DNA of 64,000 bases from Bacillota bacterium (GTDB taxonomy: Bacteria; Bacillota; Clostridia; Christensenellales; Aristaeellaceae): the NCBI GenBank assembly GCA_023404715.1, contig JAEYAR010000170.1, positions 5,144-69,143 on the forward strand, written 5' to 3'. Shown one piece after another: positions 1 to 9,633 of this stretch (the first letter of the stretch is position 1; each line of letters starts with the position of its first letter). Both the position numbers and the translations under genes were made by a program. The notes under the pieces are model-generated. The model was not told the DNA's origin. It saw nothing but the letters and a program-made list of their open reading frames with translations, and did no database searches.

Positions 1-20
1 ATCGATTGAAGGATGCTCAT
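1..20 (-). CDS. 5' end of probable ABC transporter permease (runs off window)
   Basis: ATG at 20-18 overlaps the ATPase stop (ATGA) and is preceded by GGAGG; reads MSILQS; expected position of a MacB-type permease. Confidence 0.6.
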
Positions 21-730
21 GCGCCCGCACCTCCCTTTGCCTTTTGCCTGCGGTCGGCGCCCGGCTCCAGCTCGCTGAGCTTGCCGTCGCGGATGTGTAC
101 GCAGCGCGGCGCGCGCTCTGCGATCTCGGGATTATGGGTGATGAGCACGATGGCATTGCCCTGCGCGTGCAGCTCCTCCAGCATGTCCATAATCTCCACC
201 GTCGTCTTGGAGTCGAGGTTGCCCGTGGGTTCGTCCGCCAGGATGAGCGTGGGGCGCGTTACCACCGCGCGCGCCACGGCGACGCGCTGCTGTTGCCCGC
301 CAGAGAGTTGATTCGGCCGGTGGTGCATGCGCGAGCCCAGGCCCACGCGCTCCAGCGCCTCGCCCACGCGCAGGCGGCGCTGCGCCGCGCCGACGCCCTG
401 ATAAATGAGCGGCAGCTCCACGTTTTCGTACGCCGTCAGCTTCTGCAGCAGGTTGAACTGCTGAAAGATGAAGCCGATCTTCCGGTTGCGGATCGAGGCG
501 AGCTGGCGCTGGGAATAGCGCGTGATGTCGAGCCCGTCCAGCTTATACGTGCCCCCGTCCGCCGTGTCCAGGCAGCCGATGATGTTCATGAGCGTGCTCT
601 TGCCGGAGCCCGACGGACCGATGATCGCGACGTACTCGTGGTCGCCGACCGTGAGGCTCACGTGATCGAGCGCCATCAGCACCTCGCCGCCCAGCTCATA
701 GCGCTTTTGAATGTCCGAAAGTTCGATCAT
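17..730 (-). CDS. MacB/LolD-type ABC transporter ATP-binding protein
   Basis: Walker A GPSGSGKST, LSGGQQQRV signature, LADEPTGNLD, ITH H-loop. Confidence 0.95.
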   Translation of the reverse strand: MIELSDIQKRYELGGEVLMALDHVSLTVGDHEYVAIIGPSGSGKSTLMNIIGCLDTADGGTYKLDGLDITRYSQRQLASIRNRKIGFIFQQFNLLQKLTAYENVELPLIYQGVGAAQRRLRVGEALERVGLGSRMHHRPNQLSGGQQQRVAVARAVVTRPTLILADEPTGNLDSKTTVEIMDMLEELHAQGNAIVLITHNPEIAERAPRCVHIRDGKLSELEPGADRRQKAKGGAGA

Positions 731-731
731 A

Positions 732-2303
732 TCACATGCTCCTCATCGACATCATGGTATCCATCAGGCTGTTGCCGCTGCGGGCGAGCACGACCTCTTC
801 GCCGTCCGAAAGGCCCGAGAGGATCTGCGCTTGCTCTCCGGCTACCAGACCGACGTCTACCTTGACCATGAGCTGCGGGGCGACGGATTGCAAAACCGCG
901 GCGTCGTTCTGGCGCATAAAGGGGTTGCGCGAGGCGCTACGCGTAATGCTGGCGCCCGCCAGGTCCGCATCCGTGGGCATGCGCATCACGTAACGGTCCG
1001 TACCCACCGTCTGCAGCGCGGCGACCGGCACGAGCAGCGCATTTTGCGCGCTGGCTACCTCTATGTCGCCCGAGGCGCTCATCTGCGGCAGCATACCGTC
1101 CTGTCCGTCCATGTAAAGGAGGACCTCGTACTTGGTGATCTCGCCCGTTCGCGTGCCCAGCGGGAGCACGCGGTCCACGCTTGCCATATACTTCTTGTCC
1201 GGCAGCGCGTCCAGCTTGATCGTCGCCTTCTGTCCAGCCTGAACGGATGCGATATCCAGCTCGTCGACCGTAAGGCGCACCTTCATGCGGCGGCTATCCA
1301 GCACCGTGGCGCTGCTCATGCCCTCCTGTACGTTCATGCCCTCGTAGAGCGCGATGCCGTCCACCACACCGGTGATCGGCGCGCGCACTTCGAGCGCTTC
1401 GATATCTCTGCGCACGCTGTCGATATCGCGCTGCTTCTGCTCCTTTTGCAGCAGTTTCTTTTCCAGTTCGAGTGATACGGCGTCGCTTTCAAGCGAAAAG
1501 AGCTGCTCGTTCGCGTCCACCTCGTCGTTTTCCTTGACCGATACGCGCTTGATCTTGCCGGAGACGCCCGTGATGCCCAGCGGCTTGCTGAGCGCGAGCT
1601 TTCCAGAGCCCACCTCCGTACCCGATTCCAGGCGAACGGTCGCCGTCTCGCCGATCGCGTACGTGTCGTTCTGGATGCAGATCAGGGCCTCTCCATCCAC
1701 GATAGAGAGGACGGAGCCGCTCTCCACCTTGCTGTCTACGTACACCTTGACGTCCTGCCCGACGTATAGGCTGCTCGCCGGCACCGTCACGGTCATTCGT
1801 CCGTCGGTAGATAGCACCATCAGCGCCCCGTATTGGCGCTGCACGGTCGCCATGTCGTCGCCGTCTTCGATCTTGAGCTGCTTGACGCGCCCGTCTGCGG
1901 GCGCGCGCACGGTCGTCGACGCACTGCGAACGCCCGCCGCCGACAGATCCAGCTCGAGCTCGTACATCTCGTCTGTCAACGTGCGCAGCCTATCGCTCAG
2001 GTCGTCGTTTGAAAGGGTAAAGAGCAGCTCGCCCGCTTCTACCGCGTCACCGTTTTCGACGAACACTTCCTCCACGCGGCCGCCCGTTTTCAGGTATACC
2101 TCTTGCTTTTCAGAGGCCTCTAGCGTACCCGTGCCGTGGACCGTCACCGAGATGTCCCCGCGCGACGCCTGCGCGCTGCTCAGATTGAGCGAATCTACGG
2201 TCATCTGGCGGCCTTCCCGCGGCAGCAGCAGCGCGCAGGCCGCTAGCGCTGCCACGATGACGACGACGATGACGGTCACCCAGATCTTTTTCGAGTGCTT
2301 CAT
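732..2303 (-). CDS. HlyD/MacA-family efflux membrane-fusion (adaptor) protein
   Basis: N-terminal TM helix, lipoyl-like VxxGDxVxxG motifs, APITGVV, GLSDGEEV; start taken at MKHSKK after GGAG (2309 and 2336 are alternatives). Confidence 0.85.
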   Translation of the reverse strand: MKHSKKIWVTVIVVVIVAALAACALLLPREGRQMTVDSLNLSSAQASRGDISVTVHGTGTLEASEKQEVYLKTGGRVEEVFVENGDAVEAGELLFTLSNDDLSDRLRTLTDEMYELELDLSAAGVRSASTTVRAPADGRVKQLKIEDGDDMATVQRQYGALMVLSTDGRMTVTVPASSLYVGQDVKVYVDSKVESGSVLSIVDGEALICIQNDTYAIGETATVRLESGTEVGSGKLALSKPLGITGVSGKIKRVSVKENDEVDANEQLFSLESDAVSLELEKKLLQKEQKQRDIDSVRRDIEALEVRAPITGVVDGIALYEGMNVQEGMSSATVLDSRRMKVRLTVDELDIASVQAGQKATIKLDALPDKKYMASVDRVLPLGTRTGEITKYEVLLYMDGQDGMLPQMSASGDIEVASAQNALLVPVAALQTVGTDRYVMRMPTDADLAGASITRSASRNPFMRQNDAAVLQSVAPQLMVKVDVGLVAGEQAQILSGLSDGEEVVLARSGNSLMDTMMSMRSM

Positions 2304-2512
2304 ATCCATTCTCCTATCCTGATGCTCCATTTTCATTTCGAGTAGATGTAGTATACATTAGACAGCTAACCAATTCAAGAGGAGACCTCATCACTTATAC
2401 CTTTGCCCGTGCGAAATGTCGCCCGCGCCGTCTTAACGCTATGCGTGCACGGACAAATCCATGCGCACGGAGTCAGTCCGCCCCTTCTTCTGCCCGAATA
2501 TAGAAAAAACAC

Positions 2513-2541
2513 TTGCGCAAACGCGCGCGAAAGGGGATAAT
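2513..2541 (+). promoter_or_regulatory. sigma-A-type promoter of dnaX
   Basis: TTGCGC-N17-GATAAT. Confidence 0.5.
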
Positions 2542-2574
2542 AAAAGAAAAAGTCGGATGAAAGGAATCGTTCAT

Positions 2575-4263
2575 ATGTCCTATCAGGCGCTTTACCGCCA
2601 ATGGCGGCCCGCGCATTTTGACGACTTCGTCGGGCAAGAGAGCGTCATCGCGACGCTGCGCAACCAGGTGCAGTCCGGGCGCATCGCGCACGCCTATCTC
2701 TTTTGCGGCACCCGCGGCACGGGCAAGACGTCCGCGGCGAAAGTGCTCGCCCGCGCGGTTAACTGCGAGCAACCGGACCGCGGCGAGCCGTGCGGCCGGT
2801 GCGATATCTGCCGCGCGCTCTCGGCGGAAAACAATCTGGACATCGTGGAAATCGACGCGGCCTCCAACAACGGCGTGGACGAGATCCGCGATCTGCGTGA
2901 AAAGGTAAAATATCCGCCGCAGAGCGGGAAATATCGCGTGTACATCATCGACGAGGTACATATGCTCTCGTCCGGCGCTTTCAACGCGCTGCTCAAGACG
3001 CTCGAGGAGCCGCCCGCGCACGTCGTGTTCATTCTCGCCACCACCGAGCCGCAGAAGCTGCCCGCGACCATCCTATCGCGCTGCCAGCGGTTTGACTTTT
3101 CCCGCATCCCCGTGCGCCAGCTCATCGGCCGACTCGCGCAGGCGGCCGAGAAGGCCGGCACCGCCGCCTCCCCCGCCGCGCTCGAGCGGATCGCCCGGGC
3201 GGCCGAGGGCGGCATGCGAGACGCGCTGTCGATCCTGGATATGTGCCTGTCCTATTCGGACGGCGCGCTCGAGGAGGACGTGGTGCTGCGCGTGCTGGGC
3301 GCGAGCGACCGCAGCTTTCTCTTTCGCTTCTCCTCCGCGCTGCTCGCGGGCGACCCGGCCGCCTGCCTTACGATGGTCGACGAGCTCATGCAAAGCGGAC
3401 GCGAGCCCCAGGTGTTCGCCCGTGATTTAAGCGGGCATCTGCGCGCGCTCATGCTTGCGCAGACCTGTGGCGACGCCCTGTGCGAGCTGCTAGACCTCAC
3501 GCAGGAGGACGCCGCCCAATACCGCGCGCAGGTCGAGGGCTGCTCCCGCGCGCGCCTGCTGCGCATGCTGGATGTCTTCCTCGCCTCGGAGACGGACATG
3601 AAGTGGGCCTCCCAGCCGCGCATCGCGCTGGAGGTCGCCGTCGTGCGCGCCTGCGAGCCGGAAGAGGCTCTGACACTCTCCGCCCTCGTGGAGCGCGTGG
3701 ATCTGCTCGAGCGCAAGCTCGCCTCTGGGCAGATCCTGCAGGCGGGCGCCGCCGGTGTGCTACCCGCCGCGCCCGTACAGGGCGCGGCGCCGCAGCCTGC
3801 CGCCGCGCAAGCCGCCCATCCCCCGCGCCCCGCACCGGCCCAGACGAGCGCCCCCGCCGCCGTGGCCATACCGCCCGTGCCGAAGGGCGATATGCCGCCC
3901 CCCGGCGTGCGCGATCCGGACGACGTCTGGGAGGCCATGACCCTGGACATCAAGCGCAATGCGCCCATGATCTTCGGCTCGCTCATCATGGGGCGCTATG
4001 CCGGCTACCAAGATGGCGCGTATGTCCTCTCGTTCCCCAAAAACCCGGCGGTCGCGATCTACATGAACCTGCTCAAGCGGGATGAAAAGCGCACGGTCAT
4101 CGAGCAGGCGTTGCAAAAGGCGGGCGGCGTGCCTGCGCGCCTGAGCATCGTGCAGGAAGGCGCCCCCAAAGAAACCCGCGACGAGCAGGCCGATGCGCAA
4201 AAGCGTTTGAACCACGTGTTCGACGTATTCGGCCGCGAAAATGTGCAGGTTACGGACGACTAA
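2575..4263 (+). CDS. dnaX: DNA polymerase III subunit gamma/tau
   Basis: YQALYRQWRP, GTRGTGKTS, EIDAASNNGVD, DEVHMLS, SRCQRF; Pro/Ala-rich linker; start at MSYQ after AAGGA. Confidence 0.97.
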   Translation: MSYQALYRQWRPAHFDDFVGQESVIATLRNQVQSGRIAHAYLFCGTRGTGKTSAAKVLARAVNCEQPDRGEPCGRCDICRALSAENNLDIVEIDAASNNGVDEIRDLREKVKYPPQSGKYRVYIIDEVHMLSSGAFNALLKTLEEPPAHVVFILATTEPQKLPATILSRCQRFDFSRIPVRQLIGRLAQAAEKAGTAASPAALERIARAAEGGMRDALSILDMCLSYSDGALEEDVVLRVLGASDRSFLFRFSSALLAGDPAACLTMVDELMQSGREPQVFARDLSGHLRALMLAQTCGDALCELLDLTQEDAAQYRAQVEGCSRARLLRMLDVFLASETDMKWASQPRIALEVAVVRACEPEEALTLSALVERVDLLERKLASGQILQAGAAGVLPAAPVQGAAPQPAAAQAAHPPRPAPAQTSAPAAVAIPPVPKGDMPPPGVRDPDDVWEAMTLDIKRNAPMIFGSLIMGRYAGYQDGAYVLSFPKNPAVAIYMNLLKRDEKRTVIEQALQKAGGVPARLSIVQEGAPKETRDEQADAQKRLNHVFDVFGRENVQVTDD

Positions 4264-4267
4264 CAGA

Positions 4268-4303
4268 CGGCTGCCGCAATCCTTGTGCGGCAGCCGCTTT
4301 GTT
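4268..4303 (+). terminator. Intrinsic terminator between convergent dnaX and yaaA
   Basis: 11-bp stem CGGCTGCCGCA/TGCGGCAGCCG followed by CTTTGTT. Confidence 0.7.
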
Positions 4304-4317
4304 ATTCTCATAGAATC

Positions 4318-5049
4318 TCATCTTGAAAAGACCAGCCTGTCGCCGCTAGAACGGACAGGATCGAGCCGCCACCCGTCTTCCTCAAATGCGCGCAGGCCGT
4401 CCGGTTCGTCGATGGCGTGCTCCGCGATATATCGTGCCATTCGTCCGCGCGCCATCTTCGCATACGGCGGCGGGATACATAACCGCCCTTTGCGCAGCAC
4501 ACGAAATTCCACGTCGATAAACCGCGCATCCGCGGGGACGTAAGGGCGTACGGCGGATGCGTATTCCTCCGAGGCAAGATTGACGACCGACCGCGTCTCC
4601 TCATACAGCGCCCAGGCGATGTCCGCGCCCCAGTAGGCGTACAGGCTTTGCCCGTAGACACGCACCCTGCTGTGCATTTCGAGCCGGTAAGGGCGAATCG
4701 CATCCAGCGGACGCAGCACGCCGTAAAGCGCACTGAGGATGCGCACGCGGCCTTGCAGGCTGCCAAGCGCCCGTTCGTCCAGGGAAGCCGCATTCAAACT
4801 GCGATATGCCAGCCCGTCGTACGAAAAGGCCGCCGCCTCGCCCTGTGCCCGGTCAAAGGATTGGATAAGGCCAAATGCGCGCATCGCAAGCTTGGGGCTG
4901 ACGCGCATCATGCTCTCGATCTCCCAAGGAGAAAGCGTAGATAGCAGATTTTGCAGCGCAAGCGCACGCGCCTCAAAGCGGGGAACGGTCATCCCGGCAG
5001 GGCTAACGGCCTGTTTCATATTCTTAGCAGGCGATAAAATCGCAATCAT
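4318..5049 (-). CDS. yaaA: YaaA (UPF0246) peroxide-stress DNA-binding protein
   Basis: ILSPAK, RILSALYGVLRPLD, YRLEM, NLASEEY, AKMARGRM. Confidence 0.92.
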   Translation of the reverse strand: MIAILSPAKNMKQAVSPAGMTVPRFEARALALQNLLSTLSPWEIESMMRVSPKLAMRAFGLIQSFDRAQGEAAAFSYDGLAYRSLNAASLDERALGSLQGRVRILSALYGVLRPLDAIRPYRLEMHSRVRVYGQSLYAYWGADIAWALYEETRSVVNLASEEYASAVRPYVPADARFIDVEFRVLRKGRLCIPPPYAKMARGRMARYIAEHAIDEPDGLRAFEEDGWRLDPVRSSGDRLVFSR

Positions 5050-5217
5050 ACGCTCCCTCCCTATCGCTTCCATTCTATCAGCCGGCGATAGGGTTGTAAA
5101 TGTGTTTCCGTTTTTTCACAAAAAGGATTGCGCGCCCGTTTGTTCCATGCTATAATCTATTTATGACAAAAGTGTTACAACCTGTTAACGTCAAGTCATA
5201 AAAGGAGATTTCCGCCT

Positions 5218-6168
5218 ATGAAAGCGATGCAAAGATGCTTATGCCTTGCCCTCGCCCTGGTGCTCAGCCTGGCTTGCATATCATGTGCGTACGCGCAGAC
5301 CGAGCAGGTCTCCTGCCCCACCTGCGGTGGGCGTGGCAGCGTAAGCGGCGCTGTCTGCTCCCTATGCGGCGGTTCCGGCAGCATTTTGATGTCCGGCTCG
5401 CGCGATGGGCGCGACCGTGCCAACGACATTACCGGCACGCAGCCCAATACTTCCTACAAGAGCGTGCTCATCAACGCAAGCTATTTGTCCATGCATCTGT
5501 TTACAGACGGTTCGCGCACGACGATGTATCAAAAGCTGCGCGCGCTGGATGAGAATACGTTGGTTCATCTGCGCGCCACCCGCGATCCCGATATCTATCA
5601 GACCCTGTCCCTCGTTTGCACGTCCGAAGCGCTCGCTCAGCTGCTGGGGGAGGGCGTCAACGGCCTTCACATCTCCCTAGACGACCATTTCAGCGCCGAG
5701 GACTATAAGCGCACGCGCGATCTGCTCGAGGCCTCGCAGGACCCCCTCTCCTTCATGCACCTCATGTTCGCCGCGGGCGAGAACTGCGCCTTTCTCTTTA
5801 CGAATCGCGAGTTGACCGATGCGGGCGAATCCGCGCTCGCCGCGCAGCTCGATGCGTGGTTTCTTCAAAATGGCGCGCAGCTTGGGCAGGCTTTGCCCGA
5901 AAGCTTCAAAGACGTCTTGTTCGCCGTCGCACGCAGGCCGCTCGATATCGAAGAAGCGCCCGGCGTCGTCCTCGGCTCCGCCTTGATCGACGGCCTTTCC
6001 TTTCAAGGCGGTAACCCGGCTACGGATTGGCTCTCCCTGCATCTGTACGGTGAGGAGCCAATCGCTTTGAACGCCTATTCCCTCGGCGTTCAGCAGTCCG
6101 AGGCCCGCTTTACCGTCACCCATTACAGGGCCGCGGACGCGGAATACTTCTGCCTCGCGCGCGAATAA
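5218..6168 (+). CDS. Exported hypothetical protein with DnaJ-type CxxCxGxG pair
   Basis: RBS AAGGAG, signal peptide ending AYA, CPTCGGRG and CSLCGGSG; promoter TTGCGC-N17-TATAAT at 5128-5156. Confidence 0.75.
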   Translation: MKAMQRCLCLALALVLSLACISCAYAQTEQVSCPTCGGRGSVSGAVCSLCGGSGSILMSGSRDGRDRANDITGTQPNTSYKSVLINASYLSMHLFTDGSRTTMYQKLRALDENTLVHLRATRDPDIYQTLSLVCTSEALAQLLGEGVNGLHISLDDHFSAEDYKRTRDLLEASQDPLSFMHLMFAAGENCAFLFTNRELTDAGESALAAQLDAWFLQNGAQLGQALPESFKDVLFAVARRPLDIEEAPGVVLGSALIDGLSFQGGNPATDWLSLHLYGEEPIALNAYSLGVQQSEARFTVTHYRAADAEYFCLARE

Positions 6169-6197
6169 GACCGCCCTGCAAGACTCGCATGAAACCG

Positions 6198-6226
6198 TTG
6201 ACAGGGCGCGCAATTTTTTGTATAAT
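6198..6226 (+). promoter_or_regulatory. Consensus sigma-A promoter of tRNA-Leu
   Basis: TTGACA-N17-TATAAT. Confidence 0.9.
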
Positions 6227-6260
6227 ATAGAACGCTGACAGCAAGTGCTGCCAGCACCTT

Positions 6261-6346
6261 GCCGGCATGATGGAATGGCAGACGTGACGGACTCAAAATC
6301 CGTTCCTGGAGACAGGGTGTGGGTTCAAGTCCCACTGCCGGCACCA
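6261..6346 (+). tRNA. tRNA-Leu (anticodon CAA)
   Basis: Acceptor stem GCCGGCA/TGCCGGC plus ACCA, anticodon arm ACGGA-CTCAAAA-TCCGT, long variable arm, GGTTCAAGT T-loop. Confidence 0.97.
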
Positions 6347-6347
6347 C

Positions 6348-6380
6348 AATCCGTCTCGAAAGAGGCGGATTTTTTCTTTT
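6348..6380 (+). terminator. Intrinsic terminator after tRNA
   Basis: AATCCGTCTC-GAAA-GAGGCGGATT followed by a T-run. Confidence 0.85.
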
Positions 6381-6521
6381 CCATTGTAAAAACGGCCTGT
6401 TTCATCGCGAAATTGGGCCGTTTTCGAGTTGTTTGCAGTATCGGTGCTTAGACTTGTGCGGTATAATTTCATAAAACGGGAGTAATGAACGCTCATCCTC
6501 TTTGCATCTCGCGGCGCAGGA

Positions 6522-6586
6522 TCAGGACTTGGGGAGGATCTCCTCAATGGATGGTTTGGCCTTTTTTGTTCTTCGTATGTAGACAT
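6522..6586 (-). pseudogene. Possible truncated/frameshifted gene remnant at the end of the MerR cluster
   Basis: GGAGG RBS plus ATG (MSTYEEQK); adding one A in the A6 run gives KAKPSIEEILPKS then a stop. Confidence 0.3.
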
Positions 6587-6634
6587 CGTTTAGCCCTCCG
6601 TCATTCTGGCCCTTTTGCCGGACACTATGGCGCA

Positions 6635-7150
6635 TTATTCAACGGGAATGTAGCAATCCAAAATCACATAGCCGTCTTCATCCTGTTTCGTAGAGCGGAT
6701 CGGATGATAAAGATCCATACACCATTTCATGCGATCGAAGCTGCGACCGCTATCCTTGATGGCCTTCGCCGCCGGCTCAAAAGGGGCGGTACGGGTATCT
6801 TCTAACCCTTTACACTTGACCCAGCACAACGCAACCTCTGTTTCTTCCAATGTACGTGAAGCGTATCCGTGCGGAACGGTTGCGCCCTCTTTCATCAGCA
6901 GGCCGACAATATAGGAAAAGTCGCCGTCCCCCAAATACCAATCGATAAACACGCCTACGGGAGAGCTATCAAAAACATGCTCTGTTTGTAACTCAAGCGG
7001 AGCAAAGATGTTCTCATTATCGCATTCATTCCAAAAGGCAGGAAGCCTGTTCTCGCCTTCATTCAACGCGCTGTCGCTATAGCGCAATTCCTTGCCGACA
7101 ATATAAACCTTGGGTAATCGGATGATTTCGAATTTCACGAGGTTATCCAA
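6635..7150 (-). CDS. GyrI-like (effector-binding) small-molecule-binding protein
   Basis: KFEIIRLPKVYIVGK, LPAFW, FSYIVG, VPHGY, C-terminal DCYIPV; TTG start after AGGAGG (ORF track start 7180). Confidence 0.85.
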   Translation of the reverse strand: MDNLVKFEIIRLPKVYIVGKELRYSDSALNEGENRLPAFWNECDNENIFAPLELQTEHVFDSSPVGVFIDWYLGDGDFSYIVGLLMKEGATVPHGYASRTLEETEVALCWVKCKGLEDTRTAPFEPAAKAIKDSGRSFDRMKWCMDLYHPIRSTKQDEDGYVILDCYIPVE

Positions 7151-7253
7151 TAGCGCTTCCTCCTGTGATATAAATTCCACCCTTTATGGGGCCTTAACTC
7201 GTATAAATCGATCAAATTCGGCCCGACAAGCAACAATCATGCGACGGGCGCTC

Positions 7254-7823
7254 TTATACCAGTATTTCATAAACAAATTCACTGCCCGCGTTTTTATCCG
7301 GATCAAATGGCGTGGATGCAATGCGCAGCAGCTTCATTTTTATGCCCAGCGCGTGCTGAAAATGGTATCTTACATGTCCCGCGCAGCAGCCGCAATAGAT
7401 GGGCGAAACGCGGATGGATCGCCCTTCAAGCCTCCGGACCGTGGCGCATCCGCAGCGCATGGGACTGGTGTCTGGCTGGCATAAATACACAGAGATGGAG
7501 CCGTCTTCGTTCAAGCGGCAGGGTTCTCCACAATCAAACCTACGGCTTGACAGCAGATCGAGCTTCTCTATTAACGATTTTTCACGATGCGCCTTGTAGA
7601 AGGCGCGATAGGCGCTATCCAAGGAGCCTGAGCGTAAACAGCCCTGGCATTCCATAATGCGTAGACACTCGTCCTCCGTTAACAGTTCATCCATCTTATT
7701 GATGAACAGCACGGAGTTCTCGTTTTTATCCGAACTTCCCTGTACGGCGTCCAGCGCGGCGATTTTTTCTTCCGCTATGTTCATCTTGCGCATAATGCCT
7801 TTGATTCTATTGATGCTCGGCAT
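7254..7823 (-). CDS. Cys-rich V4R/DUF6144-like protein
   Basis: RCGC...SPIYCGCCAGHVRYHFQHALG...FVYEI pattern; family recognised by eye. Confidence 0.6.
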   Translation of the reverse strand: MPSINRIKGIMRKMNIAEEKIAALDAVQGSSDKNENSVLFINKMDELLTEDECLRIMECQGCLRSGSLDSAYRAFYKAHREKSLIEKLDLLSSRRFDCGEPCRLNEDGSISVYLCQPDTSPMRCGCATVRRLEGRSIRVSPIYCGCCAGHVRYHFQHALGIKMKLLRIASTPFDPDKNAGSEFVYEILV

Positions 7824-7906
7824 GATAAGTCACCCCATTTCTACTGCGTATCAGGAAATTCAAGCCGTTTTCTAACGGGTATCCAGGCTCGCTCGTGATA
7901 CAACTC

Positions 7907-9034
7907 CTACCTCAACATACCGATGGTTTCGTTTAGCGCCGCGAGCACCGCAGTGTCGTTGTCGAATACGATTTTGAACAGTCGTTTGAGTTCGTCGCGC
8001 ACGCCCGGCGCCAGCAGCAACTCCGCACGATTTGGGGCGGGCTGATAGTCCGAGCCGGGCCCGAAGCCGAGCATATTCCAGATCTTCCAGCACACGCCGT
8101 GAGTCTCGTCTGAATTGTCGGCCAGATACTTTAAGAATATCCGCTCGTCGATTCGCCCGATATTCGCTGCGCCGCCTACCGCCGCACTCAGGAGAGAGTC
8201 GCGCGGTCCGAACGCTTCCGCCGCATGCCAGCGCGCCTCGATCGGATAGGCCGCGAAAAAGCAAAGAAACGCCGCCACGTCCGCCGCGTTTTCAGGGGAA
8301 GCCGCGTCAATCCGCGCGTTAACAAGTTCCGCGAGCGCGGCGTGGGAGGGATGCGCGAGCGTCGCAGCGATGCGCTCAAGTATTTCTCTAAACGACACCT
8401 CGCGGGCGCGCCGCCCGGTGATTAAGATCATATCGATAAGCCCCGAGTGCCAGTCCGCGAGCATGAACAAGTCGCCCGCATAACTTGGCGGATTGGGGAG
8501 CGATCGGAGCGTGTGAGCGCGCGAATCGAGACCGATGAGCGCGCCGTCTCCATATCCCGAGACGATCTGCCAGTCGAGTTCGCCGTTCAACCGTGCGATT
8601 GCTGGGTATCCCGCGTTGACGGCGGCGCGCACGGCCTCGTAGATCGCATCCTGATCGTCCCGCCCTGAGAGCCTGCGCCATGTGAGACCCGCCAGCCGCA
8701 TCAGATTATCGACAAACTCATCTGGCCAGCGCCAGCCCGTTTCAACGCCCGGCAGCGAGTGGAACTCGACGGTATCGTCCTCCGGAAACTCGAAGCCGAA
8801 CGCAACGCCGCTCGACGCCAACAGGCTGTGATACAGCGCGAGCTGATGCCTCTGCAGCGTCGTTTTTTCGCTGCACGCGCCGCAATCCGTGCAGTATGCA
8901 CCCTTTGGAGAGCACCAATACGGCGTCCGCTCACTTATGCCCAGCGCGGGCAGGCAAGCGCTCGAAAGCGCCGCGAAAAACGACGAACCTTCCGCGTCGA
9001 AAGGGTATTGAACCAGATTTGCCAGCGCATTCAT
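7907..9034 (-). CDS. BtrH_N/papain-like fold protein with C-x6-CxxCGxC motif
   Basis: GGAGG RBS before MNALAN; AVNAGYPAIA...WQIVSGYGD core; paralogue of 10697-11809. Confidence 0.7.
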   Translation of the reverse strand: MNALANLVQYPFDAEGSSFFAALSSACLPALGISERTPYWCSPKGAYCTDCGACSEKTTLQRHQLALYHSLLASSGVAFGFEFPEDDTVEFHSLPGVETGWRWPDEFVDNLMRLAGLTWRRLSGRDDQDAIYEAVRAAVNAGYPAIARLNGELDWQIVSGYGDGALIGLDSRAHTLRSLPNPPSYAGDLFMLADWHSGLIDMILITGRRAREVSFREILERIAATLAHPSHAALAELVNARIDAASPENAADVAAFLCFFAAYPIEARWHAAEAFGPRDSLLSAAVGGAANIGRIDERIFLKYLADNSDETHGVCWKIWNMLGFGPGSDYQPAPNRAELLLAPGVRDELKRLFKIVFDNDTAVLAALNETIGMLR

Positions 9035-9069
9035 GACCGTCTTACCTCCAATCGCCTTGCTTACTCGCT

Positions 9070-9633
9070 TCACGCGCCCGCGCAAACGGGGATGTACGCG
9101 TAGGCCGCGTGGGGCGGGGTCGCGTATTCGGCATGGCAATGATACTCGATCTCCACCGAAACGTCGGGATTTTGCCGGTACCCGTTTGCCTCGGCTGCGG
9201 CGCGCAGGATTTTCCTTTCATCCGAGAAATATTCGTGCGTTTCCGCGCGCTCCTTCCCCAGCAGCGCGGCGGCGGTTTCGTCATTGCGTATGCGCAGCCA
9301 TAGACCGCCCGGCTGCAAAAATTGCTCGTAGCGTACATCTTGTCGGCTCGAATACGTCTCCTGCGCGAACATGAGCCCGCAGGGCTTGTCCACACAGTAG
9401 TTGATGGAAAGCGCCGCGCTCCACTCCGGATTGATCAATGCCTGTTTGGGGATGTCGATTAGCCGCTGATAGCGCGCCAGCGTCGCGCCGATATCGGATT
9501 CGTCCGCGTTGTTCGGCGCGTAATCGACGCAGCCGACCCATAGGACGTCCGGGCGCTCGACGACCTCGAGCGCCACGCCTTTGTAGTCGATTGTCCTTAC
9601 GAGCTTTTCTACGGGATGATGCAAAACCCTCAC
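9070..9633 (-). CDS. GyrI-like domain protein
   Basis: GTG start overlaps upstream TGA (GTGA) after GGAGGAG; EVVERPDVLWVG, QPGGLWLRI, EIEY, AYIPV. Confidence 0.75.
   Translation of the reverse strand: MRVLHHPVEKLVRTIDYKGVALEVVERPDVLWVGCVDYAPNNADESDIGATLARYQRLIDIPKQALINPEWSAALSINYCVDKPCGLMFAQETYSSRQDVRYEQFLQPGGLWLRIRNDETAAALLGKERAETHEYFSDERKILRAAAEANGYRQNPDVSVEIEYHCHAEYATPPHAAYAYIPVCAGA

Noticed and set aside
2337..2574. SRP RNA, often found upstream of dnaX in Bacillota
   Set aside because: No CAGG-x-GGAA-x-AGCAG core seen; the gap is explained by two divergent promoters
2575..4263. Programmed frameshift generating gamma from dnaX
   Set aside because: No A-AAA-AAG or long A-run slippery site seen in the linker region
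6261..7150. Regulatory link between tRNA-Leu(CAA) and the TTG start of the neighbouring gene
   Set aside because: Start codons are read by initiator tRNA, so the adjacency carries no evidence
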